This document shows positions 18,530 through 28,952 of a stretch of DNA of 64,000 nucleotides, piece after piece. Below the pieces are notes generated by a model, which did no database searches, was not told where the DNA came from, and saw nothing but the letters and a program-made list of their open reading frames with translations. A program made the translations under genes and the position numbers. The stretch's first letter is position 1, and every line of letters starts with the position of its first letter. Source of the stretch: Gemmatimonadaceae bacterium (GTDB taxonomy: Bacteria > Gemmatimonadota > Gemmatimonadetes > Gemmatimonadales > Gemmatimonadaceae); NCBI GenBank assembly GCA_036390715.1, contig DASWBG010000115.1, positions 13,610 through 77,609 of the forward strand, in the 5' to 3' direction.

Positions 18530-20311
18530 TTAGACCGCGGCGCGGGGCACGACTGGCGTCAAACGCGCGGCCGAGGGCGGAGCATTCTCAGCGTTGGCAG
18601 CGGCGTACCGGGCCAGGACCGTGCGGTGAATGTCGCGCGCGTCCTCGAGTGATTCAGCCGCGAGGCCGAGCCTCTCGGGCGAGATGATGAAAGGATAGAC
18701 CTGATCGCCGCCCGCCGAGCCGTGCGCGCCGACCTGATCGTCGAAGGAGATGATGTCGTAGCCGTCGAACGCGCCGAACAGAACGCAATCCCCGGCGTTC
18801 GGCTGCGTCACCAGCGATTCCACCGCTCGCAGCACGTACGGCTCAGTGCCGAAAATCTCGAGCGGATTCTCTCCGGAGATCACCCGGAGCTCACCGTCGC
18901 GTAGAGTCGCGCGTCCGTGCTTGCCCGCCAGATTCACCCCGCCGCCCCAGACAGTGGCCACAAGTCCGATGCCCGGATGTGCGACGAGCTGCTCGTGTAG
19001 CCTGGCCCACCGCGCATCGGCCGTGATTTGCTCGAGCGTGAGCCGTTGCTCCGTCGCCGCGAAGTACACCAGTGCCAGACAGGAGCTGTACGTGACCACG
19101 ACATCGTTCGTCCTGTCGACGCGGTATTTCTCCGGGAAAATGATCTCGCGCAAACCGTAACGACTTCTCAGCCAGTCGCGGAATTTGCGAATGGCATTTC
19201 TGGCACCAAACGAAACCGGCGTCAGCTGTGCGACTGCCTCCACGACTCCCGGGCCGATGTCCGAGTACTCGGTGTCCTCGGCGTAGCTGGCCAATGCTCG
19301 CGGCGGCTGCGCGCCCTGCAGCCGCGTCTGATCGAGAATTCGCTGCACCGTCACGCCCAGCGACTCCCCGTACTTCACGCGGTAGCTCAGCGCCGGCGTC
19401 ATTCCGTGGTCGGAGAGGATGACGAGATCGTAACCCCGTCCCCCTGCCAGCTGCGCCATTCTCCAGATCTCGGCGATGCGTGCATCCGTGCGGCGCAAGT
19501 CGACCAGCGCCTGCTTGCTCGACGGCCCGAAATGATGCGCCAGCTCGTCGTACTGCATGAAAGTGCTGTAGATGATGGGAACGCCGAGATAGACGTCGAG
19601 CAGAATCGCCATCGTCTGCAGCTCGCGTACGACGACGTTGCTGAGGATGCGTATGAAGGGAAAGATGCCTTCGGAGTGCGTCACCCTGCCGGCCAGCTCG
19701 CCGCGAGCCCGCTCCCATTCCTCGAGCAACCACTCGAATGCTCCCTGAAGAACCATGCGCGCCATGCGGATCGGGTGCAGCACCATCAGGAGCGCCATAC
19801 GGGTTCCACCGAGCCGTCGGTAGACGGACATCTTGTCTCGCGTGGCGACGGTGAAGGCGACGGTCTGCGCATCTCCGTCCAGAAGGTTGACGTAACTCGA
19901 TCCGCCCGCGAGCGCTCCTGGGGAATGGATGCGATCCCGGATGTACTGCACGCCGTGCGGTGCATTGCAGGTGATAACCTTGCGCGCTGCCTTGTCGTAG
20001 AATCGAAACGCCGGAATCCCGCCGTTCTCGCCGTGGAACATCCCTGCCTGACAATACGGCGTCGCCGATGGGAGTCCGCAGAACCAGCGCCTGAGCGCGA
20101 ATCCTTCGCGCATCAGCCGCGAAATCGTCGGACAAAGACCCAGTTCGAGGGCACGCCGGAGATCGGAGTAAGCGAGGGCATCGATCTGAAGCATGATGAG
20201 CCCACGCTGCGGTGGGCGCGGACGCTTCTCTCGCGCGAACAGGCGGTACTTGGTGCGGTAGTATCGCTTGAGGAGTGGTCCCGCGCGGGGACGCGCGCGG
20301 CGTTCTGCTAT
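18530..20311 (-). CDS. Alkaline phosphatase superfamily (type I phosphodiesterase/NPP-like) protein; start uncertain
   Basis: QIDAL, LPSAT, YDELAHHFGP, LSDHG, AHGS metal motifs. First ATG (20194) lies within the first strand; ATA at 20311 is a candidate start. Confidence 0.8.
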   Translation of the reverse strand: MAERRARPRAGPLLKRYYRTKYRLFAREKRPRPPQRGLIMLQIDALAYSDLRRALELGLCPTISRLMREGFALRRWFCGLPSATPYCQAGMFHGENGGIPAFRFYDKAARKVITCNAPHGVQYIRDRIHSPGALAGGSSYVNLLDGDAQTVAFTVATRDKMSVYRRLGGTRMALLMVLHPIRMARMVLQGAFEWLLEEWERARGELAGRVTHSEGIFPFIRILSNVVVRELQTMAILLDVYLGVPIIYSTFMQYDELAHHFGPSSKQALVDLRRTDARIAEIWRMAQLAGGRGYDLVILSDHGMTPALSYRVKYGESLGVTVQRILDQTRLQGAQPPRALASYAEDTEYSDIGPGVVEAVAQLTPVSFGARNAIRKFRDWLRSRYGLREIIFPEKYRVDRTNDVVVTYSSCLALVYFAATEQRLTLEQITADARWARLHEQLVAHPGIGLVATVWGGGVNLAGKHGRATLRDGELRVISGENPLEIFGTEPYVLRAVESLVTQPNAGDCVLFGAFDGYDIISFDDQVGAHGSAGGDQVYPFIISPERLGLAAESLEDARDIHRTVLARYAAANAENAPPSAARLTPVVPRAAV

Positions 20312-20670
20312 GCCAGGTGGTGTTCTATCTGACGTAAGAGCTCGGCGACTGGGACAGGCTTGAGGAGTACATCCGCGCAACCGGCCTCGAGGCAGCTGCG
20401 ACGCGAAGCCAAATCGTTGTGGCCCGTCATCGCCAGCGTAGATCGGGGAAGCGAGCCGCGCTTGCGAAGAACTTTCAGGACCTCCAGTCCGTTTCCGTCG
20501 GGTAGCGAAAGATCGAGCAACATCATATCGACCGGTGCCGACGTGGCTTGCTCGATCGCCTCCGCTACGGTCGCCGCGGAGTCCACCTCGTAGCCGACCG
20601 CGGTGAAGAGGACGCGAAACGCATCCGTCACGAGTGGACTGTCTTCCACGATCAGAATGCGCGCTGGCAC
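20308..20670 (-). CDS. Single-domain response regulator
   Basis: IVED, LLDLSLPDGNG, MTG, KP motifs. Confidence 0.93.
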   Translation of the reverse strand: MPARILIVEDSPLVTDAFRVLFTAVGYEVDSAATVAEAIEQATSAPVDMMLLDLSLPDGNGLEVLKVLRKRGSLPRSTLAMTGHNDLASRRSCLEAGCADVLLKPVPVAELLRQIEHHLA

Positions 20671-21483
20671 TTAGTCGCGCGGAGGGTTGAGCGGCAGCGT
20701 GAAAAAGAACCTGCTTCCTTTGCCAAGCTCGCTCTCGACCCAAATGGTCCCGGAATGCAGCTCGACCAGATTGCGAGCAATGGCGAGGCCGAGGCCGGTT
20801 CCATGGTGTGGACGCGAAGGGGACGCATCGACCTGCGCGAATTCCCGGAACACGAGCTCGTAGTGATCGCGTGCGATTCCGCGTCCGGTATCACCGACTT
20901 CCACCACGACTTCCTCCCTCTCGCGGCCGCGCCGGGAGAATCCGATCCAGATGCGTCCGCCATCCGATGTGAACTTGATCGCGTTACCGATCAGATTGCC
21001 CAGCACGTGTTTCACCTTGTCACGATCCGCGTAAACTGGCGGAAGATCGTCGCCGTTGAGCCGCTCGATTGTTAGGTGTTTTTTCGCCGCAAGTGCCTGA
21101 TTCAGTGCCCGAACCTGGTCTACCAGCTCCGTGATGTTGAAGTCGGAGCGGGCAAGAATGACCTGGTCGCTCGCGCTGCGCACGTAGGTGAGAATCTCGT
21201 CGATCATGTCGATCAGCTGCTGGCCGCCGTTCACGATTCCGGCAACGCTGTCCCGCTGCTTCTGATTCAGCTCGCCCAGCATCCCGTCGCGCAGTATCTC
21301 GGCGTGAGTGATGATCGCGGCGAGTGGTGTGCGGAGATCGTGCGAAACGTTGGAAAGAAACTGGGTCTTTAGCGCGTCACGCGCACGTAGCTCGTCGATC
21401 GTGCGCTGGGTCTCTTCCATCTGGGCTTCGAGCTTCTTAAGCCGCCCTTTCGGCGCGGAGCCGACACGCTCGGACATGCTCAT
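20671..21483 (-). CDS. Cytoplasmic histidine kinase with no sensor domain
   Basis: [28 protein letters not shown]. Start at 21483 overlaps the ABC gene stop (ATGA). Confidence 0.92.
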   Translation of the reverse strand: MSMSERVGSAPKGRLKKLEAQMEETQRTIDELRARDALKTQFLSNVSHDLRTPLAAIITHAEILRDGMLGELNQKQRDSVAGIVNGGQQLIDMIDEILTYVRSASDQVILARSDFNITELVDQVRALNQALAAKKHLTIERLNGDDLPPVYADRDKVKHVLGNLIGNAIKFTSDGGRIWIGFSRRGREREEVVVEVGDTGRGIARDHYELVFREFAQVDASPSRPHHGTGLGLAIARNLVELHSGTIWVESELGKGSRFFFTLPLNPPRD

Positions 21484-23279
21484 ATTGTACTCGCGGTGCC
21501 ATCCGTTGCCAACGCATCCGACTCCACGGCGTCCAGTAGCTGTTGCCGGCGCAGGAGCGACCAGTAACGCCCGCGCAGCGCCATCAGCTCCGGGTGCCGC
21601 CCCTGCTCCACCACCGATCCCTTCTCGAGTACGATGATCCACGACGCATCGCGAATCGCGCTGATGCGGTGCGACGCGATCAGCGCCGTTCGTCCCGCCA
21701 GAGCCTCGCGCAACGCCCTGAGAATCTCTGCTTCGGTATGCGTGTCTACCGCCGACAACGCGTCATCGAGGAGCACGATGCTCGGCTTTCTGGCCAGCGC
21801 CCGCGCGAGCGATGCGCGCTGCTTCTGACCTCCCGAAAGATTGATCCCGCGCTCGCCCAGAATGGTCTCGTAGCGGCCGGGGAAGTTGTCGATCGTCGCA
21901 TCCAGCTGCGCGACACTCGCCGCCCATTCCCCGGTCTGAGTCATGCCGCTCGTTCCGTAGGAAAGGTTCGATCCGATGGTGTCGCTGAAGAGAAGACTTT
22001 CCTGCGGTACAAATCCGATGTCCTGGCGGAGCTCCGCCGGAGCAACGTTCCTAGTCGGGACTCCATCGATGAGAATCTCGCCTTCCTGCGGATCATACAA
22101 TCGCGGGATCAGATCTATTAGCGCGCTCTTCCCGCTCCCCGTTGCGCCAACCACTCCAAAGGTTGCGCCCGCCGGCACGCTGAAGCTGACATTGCGCAGG
22201 ACCCAGCGCGGCTCGCCCAGCGCGTCTGATGGATAATGGAATCCGACATTCCGAAACTCTACGGTGCGGCCCGATTTTGTCGGCGGCAGGTGTTGACGAG
22301 GCTCTTCACCAATGATGGTCGGGCGAGCTGCGAAGATTTCGGCGAGGCGCCCCATCGACGCATCGCCGCGCTGAAAGAGGTTGACGACCCAGCCGAGCGC
22401 GATCATCGGCCACGTAAGCATGGTGAGGTACATGCCGAACGCGACGAAGGAGCCCACGGAAATGGTGCCCTTGATCGTGAGCGCTCCGCCCACTCCAAGG
22501 ACGATCACCGCGCCGAGCCCTCCGAAAAAAGCGAACAGCGGATTTAGAGTCCCCCACAGTCTCACCAGAGACATGTTCAGTGCGAGGTATTGATCGTTGA
22601 TCGCGCCGAACCGCGCTATCTCCGCTGCTTCCTGACGGTATGCTCGGACGATCCGCGCGCCAGAGAGATTCTCCTGGGCCCGGGTGGTGAGCGTCGAGAA
22701 ATGTTCCTGCACCGCCTCGAATCGGTCGTGAATCGCCTTTCCCATTTTAATCGTGAGCACCGGCAGGAAGATCGTCGGCAGGAGCGCGAGCAGCGTCAGC
22801 TTCACATCGATGCGAAGCATGAAGTACAGGGCGAAGACCCCGCCCGTGATCGTGTTCGCGAGGTACATCACTGCCGGGCCGACCGCCATTCGAACCGCGC
22901 TCAGATCATTCGTGAGGCGGGCCATTATGTCGCCCGTCCGGGTCTGTGCAAAGTACGCCGCGTCGAGCGTCTCCAAATGTGTGAAGAGATCGTTGCGCAG
23001 GTCGTACTCCATCCAGCGGCTGACGCCATTCATCAGCTCACGCATCCAGTATCTGAACGCGCCGCCGACGATAGCGGCAAGGACGATGAGGCCGCTCAGC
23101 TTCCAGATTGTGCTCATCGGCGCGCCGGCGCCGATGGCGTCGATTGCGCGTCGCAGCACCCACGGTATCACGCTCGTGATCGCCGAGGACGCCAGGACGA
23201 TCAGGAGGCCCACTGTAAAGGACTTCCAGTACGGCTTGTAATAGGGCGCAGCGATGCGAAGATGCTTCAAAGTTGGCAT
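21480..23279 (-). CDS. ABC exporter, fused permease/ATPase (MdlA/YheI-like)
   Basis: N-terminal TM domain, [20 protein letters not shown]. Confidence 0.95.
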   Translation of the reverse strand: MPTLKHLRIAAPYYKPYWKSFTVGLLIVLASSAITSVIPWVLRRAIDAIGAGAPMSTIWKLSGLIVLAAIVGGAFRYWMRELMNGVSRWMEYDLRNDLFTHLETLDAAYFAQTRTGDIMARLTNDLSAVRMAVGPAVMYLANTITGGVFALYFMLRIDVKLTLLALLPTIFLPVLTIKMGKAIHDRFEAVQEHFSTLTTRAQENLSGARIVRAYRQEAAEIARFGAINDQYLALNMSLVRLWGTLNPLFAFFGGLGAVIVLGVGGALTIKGTISVGSFVAFGMYLTMLTWPMIALGWVVNLFQRGDASMGRLAEIFAARPTIIGEEPRQHLPPTKSGRTVEFRNVGFHYPSDALGEPRWVLRNVSFSVPAGATFGVVGATGSGKSALIDLIPRLYDPQEGEILIDGVPTRNVAPAELRQDIGFVPQESLLFSDTIGSNLSYGTSGMTQTGEWAASVAQLDATIDNFPGRYETILGERGINLSGGQKQRASLARALARKPSIVLLDDALSAVDTHTEAEILRALREALAGRTALIASHRISAIRDASWIIVLEKGSVVEQGRHPELMALRGRYWSLLRRQQLLDAVESDALATDGTASTI

Positions 23280-23288
23280 ATGGATTGC
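23274..23288 (+). promoter_or_regulatory. Putative sigma54 -24/-12 promoter
   Basis: TGGCAT-ATGGA-TTGC with GG-N10-GC spacing, 64 nt upstream of the lipoprotein gene. Confidence 0.6.
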
Positions 23289-23352
23289 CGTCCATAGTCA
23301 TTCATGAGCTTGGTTAAAAACCAGGCTATCATCACACGATGGAGGAGGCTTA

Positions 23353-24210
23353 ATGGCTCAATATATTCCCCGGTTTAGTGCGTCGCTCGCACTCTCGCTC
23401 GCGCTATTCGCAGGTGCGTGCTCGAAGAAGGACGACACCGCCGCGGCGGATTCGGCGCTGAATAAGGACATTCAGCTCGCGAATAGAGACACCAGCGCGC
23501 AACCCGCGCTCACCGACGTTCCAGCCGGCACGGCAGCCAATCCGGCGCCGAGCACGACTACGAAGACGACTACTACTACGCGCAGCACTACCCGCACACC
23601 GACCACGACCACCAAGAAGCCGACGACATCGGTCACCTCGAGTGGCAACACCGTGACTCGCAACAGCGCGGGGACGGCGGCCAAATTCGGAACGATTCCA
23701 GCGGGTGCTACGCTCAACCTTGCTTCAGGTTCCAAGGTCTGCACGAACACCAACCATGTCGGCGATCGATTCAACGCGAGTGTGACCGACGCCGTCACCG
23801 GCTCGAACGGTGCGGTGATCCCCGCCGGCGCGACCGCGATCGTCGAAGTTACCGACCTCAAGCGCAGTGAGAACGCCAACGACAAAATCGTGATGGGCTT
23901 CCGCGTCGTCTCGGTCAATTTCGGCGGACACACATATCCGGTCAGCGCCACCACGAGCTACGCTGATGTGAGCAGAGTGAAGAACCAGCCGAAGGGCAAA
24001 GATGTGCAGAAGGTCGTCGGTGGCGCGGCAATTGGCGCTATCGCCGGACAGATTCTTGGACACAGCACCAAAGCCACGGTAATTGGCGGAGCTGTTGGAG
24101 CCGCTGCCGGAGCTGGAGCTGCCGCTGCGACGGCAAACTATGAAGGCTGCGTCAACTCGGGCAGCCGCATTACCGCTACGCTCAACTCGTCAACTCAGGT
24201 CAACATCTGA
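23353..24210 (+). CDS. Lipoprotein with Thr-rich linker and C-terminal glycine zipper
   Basis: GGAGG RBS, lipobox AGAC, GGAAIGAIAGQILG..GGAVGAAAG. Confidence 0.85.
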   Translation: MAQYIPRFSASLALSLALFAGACSKKDDTAAADSALNKDIQLANRDTSAQPALTDVPAGTAANPAPSTTTKTTTTTRSTTRTPTTTTKKPTTSVTSSGNTVTRNSAGTAAKFGTIPAGATLNLASGSKVCTNTNHVGDRFNASVTDAVTGSNGAVIPAGATAIVEVTDLKRSENANDKIVMGFRVVSVNFGGHTYPVSATTSYADVSRVKNQPKGKDVQKVVGGAAIGAIAGQILGHSTKATVIGGAVGAAAGAGAAAATANYEGCVNSGSRITATLNSSTQVNI

Positions 24211-24230
24211 GAGAGCCCCGGCGGTAGCAG

Positions 24231-24269
24231 AAAAAAAACCCGGCGTGAAGTGATCACGCCGGGTTTTTT
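24231..24269. terminator. Bidirectional intrinsic terminator
   Basis: A8-CCCGGCGTGA-agtga-TCACGCCGGG-T6 between convergent genes. Confidence 0.9.
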
Positions 24270-24274
24270 GCGTC

Positions 24275-26026
24275 CTAGAAGCCCACCGCTCCGCCGTGCG
24301 AGCGCGGGTCGTCCATGCCTTCATAACCGCCCCTCACCCGCATGATGGACGCCGCCGAGGCGATTCCGCTCTGCTCGTAGACGTGATGCCCCATCTGCCT
24401 CAGTCGCGCCAGCACCGACGGCTCGAAGCCACCCTTCTCAACGCGAATTGAATCGGGTAGCGACTGGTGGTGTATTCGTGGCGCACTCATCGCATCCGCC
24501 AGCGACATTCGGGAGTCGATCACATTGAGAATGATCTGCGACGTAGCGGAGATGATCCTTGGGCCGCCGCGCGCACCAGTCACGAGCAGAAGGTGGCCCC
24601 ACGGATCGAGGACGATAGTCGGGGACATCGCGCTCAGCATCCGCTTGCCCGGCGCGATCGAGTTTGCAGCGCCCTGGATCAGCCCGTACATGTTGGGAGT
24701 GCCTGGCTGCGAAGTGAAGTCGTCCATCTCGTCATTGAGAAAAAAGCCGGCCCCGCTCACGAAGACTCCCGACCCGTACAGGTCGTTCAGCGTTGTGGTC
24801 GTGGCCACAGCGTTTCCCGACCGATCAACAACGGAGTAGTGCGTCGTCTCGTTTCCCTCTCGTTGCTTCGATGCGAGTTGAGTGGTCGGATCGGCGTGGT
24901 CGCGCGAGATGGTTCTCGCTATCGCCTTCGCGTAGAACTTGCTGGTGAGCTGCTCAAGGGGAACCTTGACATACGCGGGATCGCCGAGCTTCGAGTTGCG
25001 GTCGATGAATGCGCGCTGTGACGCCGAGGCGAGCGCGTGGATCCGTTCCACACTCCCGAACGCGGTCACCGGCCCGTACGCTTCCAGAATGTTCAACATC
25101 TCGGTGACCGTGGTTCCGCCGGACGAGGACGGAGGCATCGAGAGCAGCGCGTAGCCGCGATAGCTGCTGCGTATTGGCTGGCGCCAGATCGCCCGGTAGC
25201 GAGCAAGATCTGCCTTCGTGATCAGGCCGCCGCTCCGCTGCATCTCGGCGGCGATCGAGTCGGCGATGCTGCCGCGGTAGAAGACCCGCGCGCCCGAGTC
25301 GGCGATCAATCTGAGGGTGCGCGCGAGCTGCGGTTGGACCAGACGAGATCCGATCCGGGGCGGTGAGCCTCCGGGGAGAAAAACCGATTTTCCAGCGAAG
25401 CCGCTGATTCGATACTTCTCGCCGGAGAGCGAAGCGAAAAGCGTCGAGTCGACGATGAACCCTTCCGACGCGAGACGTATCGCCGGTGCGAGCACTCTCG
25501 AGAGTGGCAGCGCGCCGTACTTGCGATGCGCTTCGATCATTCCGGCGACGGCGCCCGGCACGCCCGACGCCTTCGGTCCGATCGTGCTCTCTCCAGTGAG
25601 CTTGCCGTTGGCGCCAACGTACATGTCGCGCGTCGCGGCCAGGGGCGCTGTCTCACGATAGTCGAGGGCGTCGGCGCGACCGTCCGCCATTCGTATCACC
25701 ATGTAGCCGCCGCCGCCGAGATTCCCCGCCTCGGGGAACGTGACGGCGAGTGCGAACCCGGTAGCAACCGCGCCATCGACGGCATTCCCTCCATGCTTCA
25801 TCACCTCGGCGCCAACCTCAGCGGCCAACCGATTGTTGCTGGCGACGATTGCGTGGGGAGCGAATGTCGAGCGGGCGCCGGCAGGAAAACGCCACCCGGC
25901 CGGGAAGACGGCGGGAATGCGCTTCGGCATCGAAGGATCGACTGCCTGGCGCCACGAAGGCGATGCGGCTACCAGCCAGGCGGATCCCGCTACGACCGCC
26001 GTCGCGAGAATTAGTTTCTTTTTCAG
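24275..26026 (-). CDS. ggt: Gamma-glutamyltransferase with signal peptide
   Basis: GNAVD, DYRETAP, ETTHYS cleavage site, NDEMDDF, LSAMSP. In-frame CTG at 26026 with a GGAG RBS adds a KKK-hydrophobic signal peptide. Confidence 0.95.
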   Translation of the reverse strand: MKKKLILATAVVAGSAWLVAASPSWRQAVDPSMPKRIPAVFPAGWRFPAGARSTFAPHAIVASNNRLAAEVGAEVMKHGGNAVDGAVATGFALAVTFPEAGNLGGGGYMVIRMADGRADALDYRETAPLAATRDMYVGANGKLTGESTIGPKASGVPGAVAGMIEAHRKYGALPLSRVLAPAIRLASEGFIVDSTLFASLSGEKYRISGFAGKSVFLPGGSPPRIGSRLVQPQLARTLRLIADSGARVFYRGSIADSIAAEMQRSGGLITKADLARYRAIWRQPIRSSYRGYALLSMPPSSSGGTTVTEMLNILEAYGPVTAFGSVERIHALASASQRAFIDRNSKLGDPAYVKVPLEQLTSKFYAKAIARTISRDHADPTTQLASKQREGNETTHYSVVDRSGNAVATTTTLNDLYGSGVFVSGAGFFLNDEMDDFTSQPGTPNMYGLIQGAANSIAPGKRMLSAMSPTIVLDPWGHLLLVTGARGGPRIISATSQIILNVIDSRMSLADAMSAPRIHHQSLPDSIRVEKGGFEPSVLARLRQMGHHVYEQSGIASAASIMRVRGGYEGMDDPRSHGGAVGF

Positions 26027-26126
26027 AGCGGATCTCCGGAGGGGGCCAGCGTGAATTCTATCCGCCCCGCACCCCGCGTGTCACCTGGTCGCGAGCCTAC
26101 TCCGGAATCCTATGTGTTGCGTCTGA

Positions 26127-26828
26127 TTACTTGCGGCGCGCCGCGCTGCCGCCAAATCCCATTCGCAGAGACAACCGCAGCGCGGGCATGCTGTTCGTAT
26201 TGCTCGTACCGTTCGACAAATCTTTTCTCTCGTGGATCGCGAAGGAATAGTCCGAGATGATATCGAGATTGGTGCGGTCGCTAAGCCCGTAACCAAATCC
26301 GTATCCGAGCGCAAACAACGGATCGATGTTTCCGCCGGTCGGCGCCAGCTTCGCACCGTCAGAATCGCGCTTCAGATTCTTATAGGCAACGACTCCGCCG
26401 TTGAGCTCCAGCACCTGATGGAAGCCGATCCCCGCTCCCGAGTGAAACGTTGCCACCAGAGTCATAAGGTCGAGATGCGCGTCGCAGCTCCCACTCAAAC
26501 ATTGTGCTCCACCCGTCGTCAGCACGGTACCGGTGGAGGTGTACTGGAAGGGCACGTGCGACCAACTGCCCGCCACGCCGAAAGACGAGCCGTTATTCCC
26601 TCCCATCTCGATGGACCCGCGGTACGCAAAATTCGTCGAATTGCCGAAGTTCCATGTACTCCCGGATGTCCCATCGTTCACGACGTTCGCGCGGAATCCG
26701 ACAATTCCGGCAGTAATCCAGTAACTCGGATTGTTCGTGTACGCGCTCGGCCGCCGTGGCATCTGCGCGCTCAACGTTCCCGCGCCGAACATCAACGTCA
26801 ATAACGCCAGAGAAAAACGTCTCATCAT
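26127..26828 (-). CDS. Secreted/outer-membrane beta-strand-rich protein
   Basis: Signal peptide MMRRFSLALL..LSA-Q, amphipathic strands, LSLRMGF near the C-terminus. Confidence 0.7.
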   Translation of the reverse strand: MMRRFSLALLTLMFGAGTLSAQMPRRPSAYTNNPSYWITAGIVGFRANVVNDGTSGSTWNFGNSTNFAYRGSIEMGGNNGSSFGVAGSWSHVPFQYTSTGTVLTTGGAQCLSGSCDAHLDLMTLVATFHSGAGIGFHQVLELNGGVVAYKNLKRDSDGAKLAPTGGNIDPLFALGYGFGYGLSDRTNLDIISDYSFAIHERKDLSNGTSNTNSMPALRLSLRMGFGGSAARRK

Positions 26829-26905
26829 GTGGCTCCAAGTTGTCTTGCAATACGCGCGAGCCGTCGGGTAAGTTTGGTCGTGACTCACCGCTCGGCAGCG
26901 CATTG

Positions 26906-27823
26906 ATGTTGGACCCTCGTGAAACGGAGCGCCGCAACCCGCGTACCGTCTCGATCGATCTCGCATCACCCCTCGAGATCGTAGACATGATAAACGCCGA
27001 AGATCGAAGTGTTCCCGAGGTTGTTGCGACACAGCGCGACCAGATCGCCCGCGCAATCGAGCTGGCCGAAGCAACGTTTCGCTCCGGAGGACGATTGTTC
27101 TACGTCGGTGCCGGTACCTCAGGACGACTGGGAGTGCTCGACGCAAGCGAGTGTCCACCAACCTTCGGCACCAAACCGGAAATGGTGCAAGGCATCATCG
27201 CCGGCGGACTACCGGCCCTGACCCGCTCACAGGAAGGAGCGGAAGACATCGTCAAGAACGGCGCCCTCGCGATGGATGAGCACGGCGTTAACGAAAAGGA
27301 CTTCGTAATCGGGATCGCGGCTTCGGGCACCACGCCCTACGTGCGCGCGGCACTCGAGCGCGCCGGCGCGCTCGGCGCCAAAACAGGAATCCTCGCTTGC
27401 TCACCGCCGCCGGCGGATCTCGTAGCGAAGGTCGACGTGACGATGCTTCCCATCGTGGGTCCTGAGGTCGTCACCGGCTCGACGCGCATGAAAGCGGGAA
27501 CGGCGACCAAGCTCGTGCTCAACACGATAACTACCGGCGCGATGATCAGGCTCGGGAAGACCTACGGCAATCTGATGGTCGATTTGCGCGCGACGAACAA
27601 CAAACTGATCGACCGCAGTCAGCGGATCGTGATGGAAGTCTGCGGAGTATCGCGAGACGAAGCGACCAAGCTCCTCGAGCGGGCGGGCAAAAGCGTCAAG
27701 CTTGCGATCGTCATGCAGAAAAAGGGAGTTTCGCGCGAACAGGCGGAGAAGCTCCTCGCCGAAAATGGGGGGGTCGTCCGGCGCGTGACGAAGGATGCCC
27801 CGCCTCCTATCAAGGGATCATAG
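26906..27823 (+). CDS. murQ: N-acetylmuramic acid 6-phosphate etherase
   Basis: TERRN, GAGTSGRLG, DASECPPTF, GPEVVTGSTRMKAGTATK, NLMVD. Confidence 0.97.
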   Translation: MLDPRETERRNPRTVSIDLASPLEIVDMINAEDRSVPEVVATQRDQIARAIELAEATFRSGGRLFYVGAGTSGRLGVLDASECPPTFGTKPEMVQGIIAGGLPALTRSQEGAEDIVKNGALAMDEHGVNEKDFVIGIAASGTTPYVRAALERAGALGAKTGILACSPPPADLVAKVDVTMLPIVGPEVVTGSTRMKAGTATKLVLNTITTGAMIRLGKTYGNLMVDLRATNNKLIDRSQRIVMEVCGVSRDEATKLLERAGKSVKLAIVMQKKGVSREQAEKLLAENGGVVRRVTKDAPPPIKGS

Positions 27824-27824
27824 C

Positions 27825-28952
27825 GTGGCTTCCGGCGTCGTCGTCGGCTTGATGTCAGGCACTTCACTCGACGGAATCAGCGCCGCCGTCGCGCGCTTTC
27901 GCGACGCGACCGACGGCCGGCTCGATGTCGATCTCCTCGCCTATACATCGCGCGCGTATTCCAGTGCTCAACGCACCCGACTGACGGCCGCGCTCGGCGC
28001 GGGCACTCCGTCCGAGTATTGTCGCCTCAATTTCGATCTGGGAGGGTGGCTGGCCGATGCCGCGATAGAGGTGATGGCAGAGGCAGGCATCGCGCGCGAG
28101 GACATCTCGGCGATCGCGTCGCACGGGCAGACGATCTGGCATGACCCCGGCCACTCCACCTGGCAGTCCGGAGAAGCTGCCGTCATCGCCGAGCGAACCG
28201 GCATCGATGTCATCAGTGACTTTCGGGTGCGCGATGTCGCGGCGGGCGGACAGGGCGCGCCTCTCGTTCCGATCGCCGACGCGATGCTATTCTCATCGCA
28301 GTCGGAGTGGCGAGGTCTCCAGAATCTGGGCGGCATTGGCAACATCACGATCGTGCCGCCACGCGGTCAGATCGAGGGCGTCCGCGCATTCGACACCGGA
28401 CCCGGCGTTGCCGTGATCGATGGAGTAACGCGAGCTCTGCGGCCCAATCTTCCTTACGACGTGGACGGGAAGCTGGCACGCGCGGGAAAGCCCAACATGC
28501 GAATAGTGGCCGAGCTGCTGAAGCATCCCTATTTCAGCGCGGCTCCGCCGAAGTCAACTGGACGCGAGCTCTTCAACTCCGACTATGTCCAGAAACTGAT
28601 AGCGACCGCACACTCTACTGGCGCCAGCGACGAAGATATCATCTCAACCGCCGTCCAGTTGACGGCAGAGAGCGTCGGCGACGCATACAAGCGATTCATC
28701 GCAGAACCCGTCCGCGAGGTACTCGTCTCGGGAGGGGGTGCCAAGAATCCCGTGTTGTTCGCTGCAATCGAGAAGGCCGCGGCGCCGATCGTTGTTCGCC
28801 ATTTCGACGAAGTGTATTTCGACGGAGAGGCGAAGGAGGCGGTGGCCTTTGCATTGCTTGGATATCTGCACGTGACGAAACGGCCCGGGAACGTTCCCAC
28901 CGCCACTGGCGCGCGCGGTCCGAGAGTGCTGGGAAAGCGCACGCCGGCATGA
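27825..28952 (+). CDS. anmK: Anhydro-N-acetylmuramic acid kinase
   Basis: GLMSGTSLDG, HGQT, GGQGAPL, NLGGIGN, FDTGPG, KSTGRE, KEA. Confidence 0.96.
   Translation: MASGVVVGLMSGTSLDGISAAVARFRDATDGRLDVDLLAYTSRAYSSAQRTRLTAALGAGTPSEYCRLNFDLGGWLADAAIEVMAEAGIAREDISAIASHGQTIWHDPGHSTWQSGEAAVIAERTGIDVISDFRVRDVAAGGQGAPLVPIADAMLFSSQSEWRGLQNLGGIGNITIVPPRGQIEGVRAFDTGPGVAVIDGVTRALRPNLPYDVDGKLARAGKPNMRIVAELLKHPYFSAAPPKSTGRELFNSDYVQKLIATAHSTGASDEDIISTAVQLTAESVGDAYKRFIAEPVREVLVSGGGAKNPVLFAAIEKAAAPIVVRHFDEVYFDGEAKEAVAFALLGYLHVTKRPGNVPTATGARGPRVLGKRTPA

Noticed and set aside
23550-23640. ACG/ACT/ACC trinucleotide-like repeats
   Set aside because: They simply encode the Thr-rich linker of the lipoprotein.
28307-28948. 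214-aa N-terminal extension of nagZ in the ORF track
   Set aside because: It overlaps anmK in another frame and is Arg-rich noise; the real start is the ATGA overlap at 28949.
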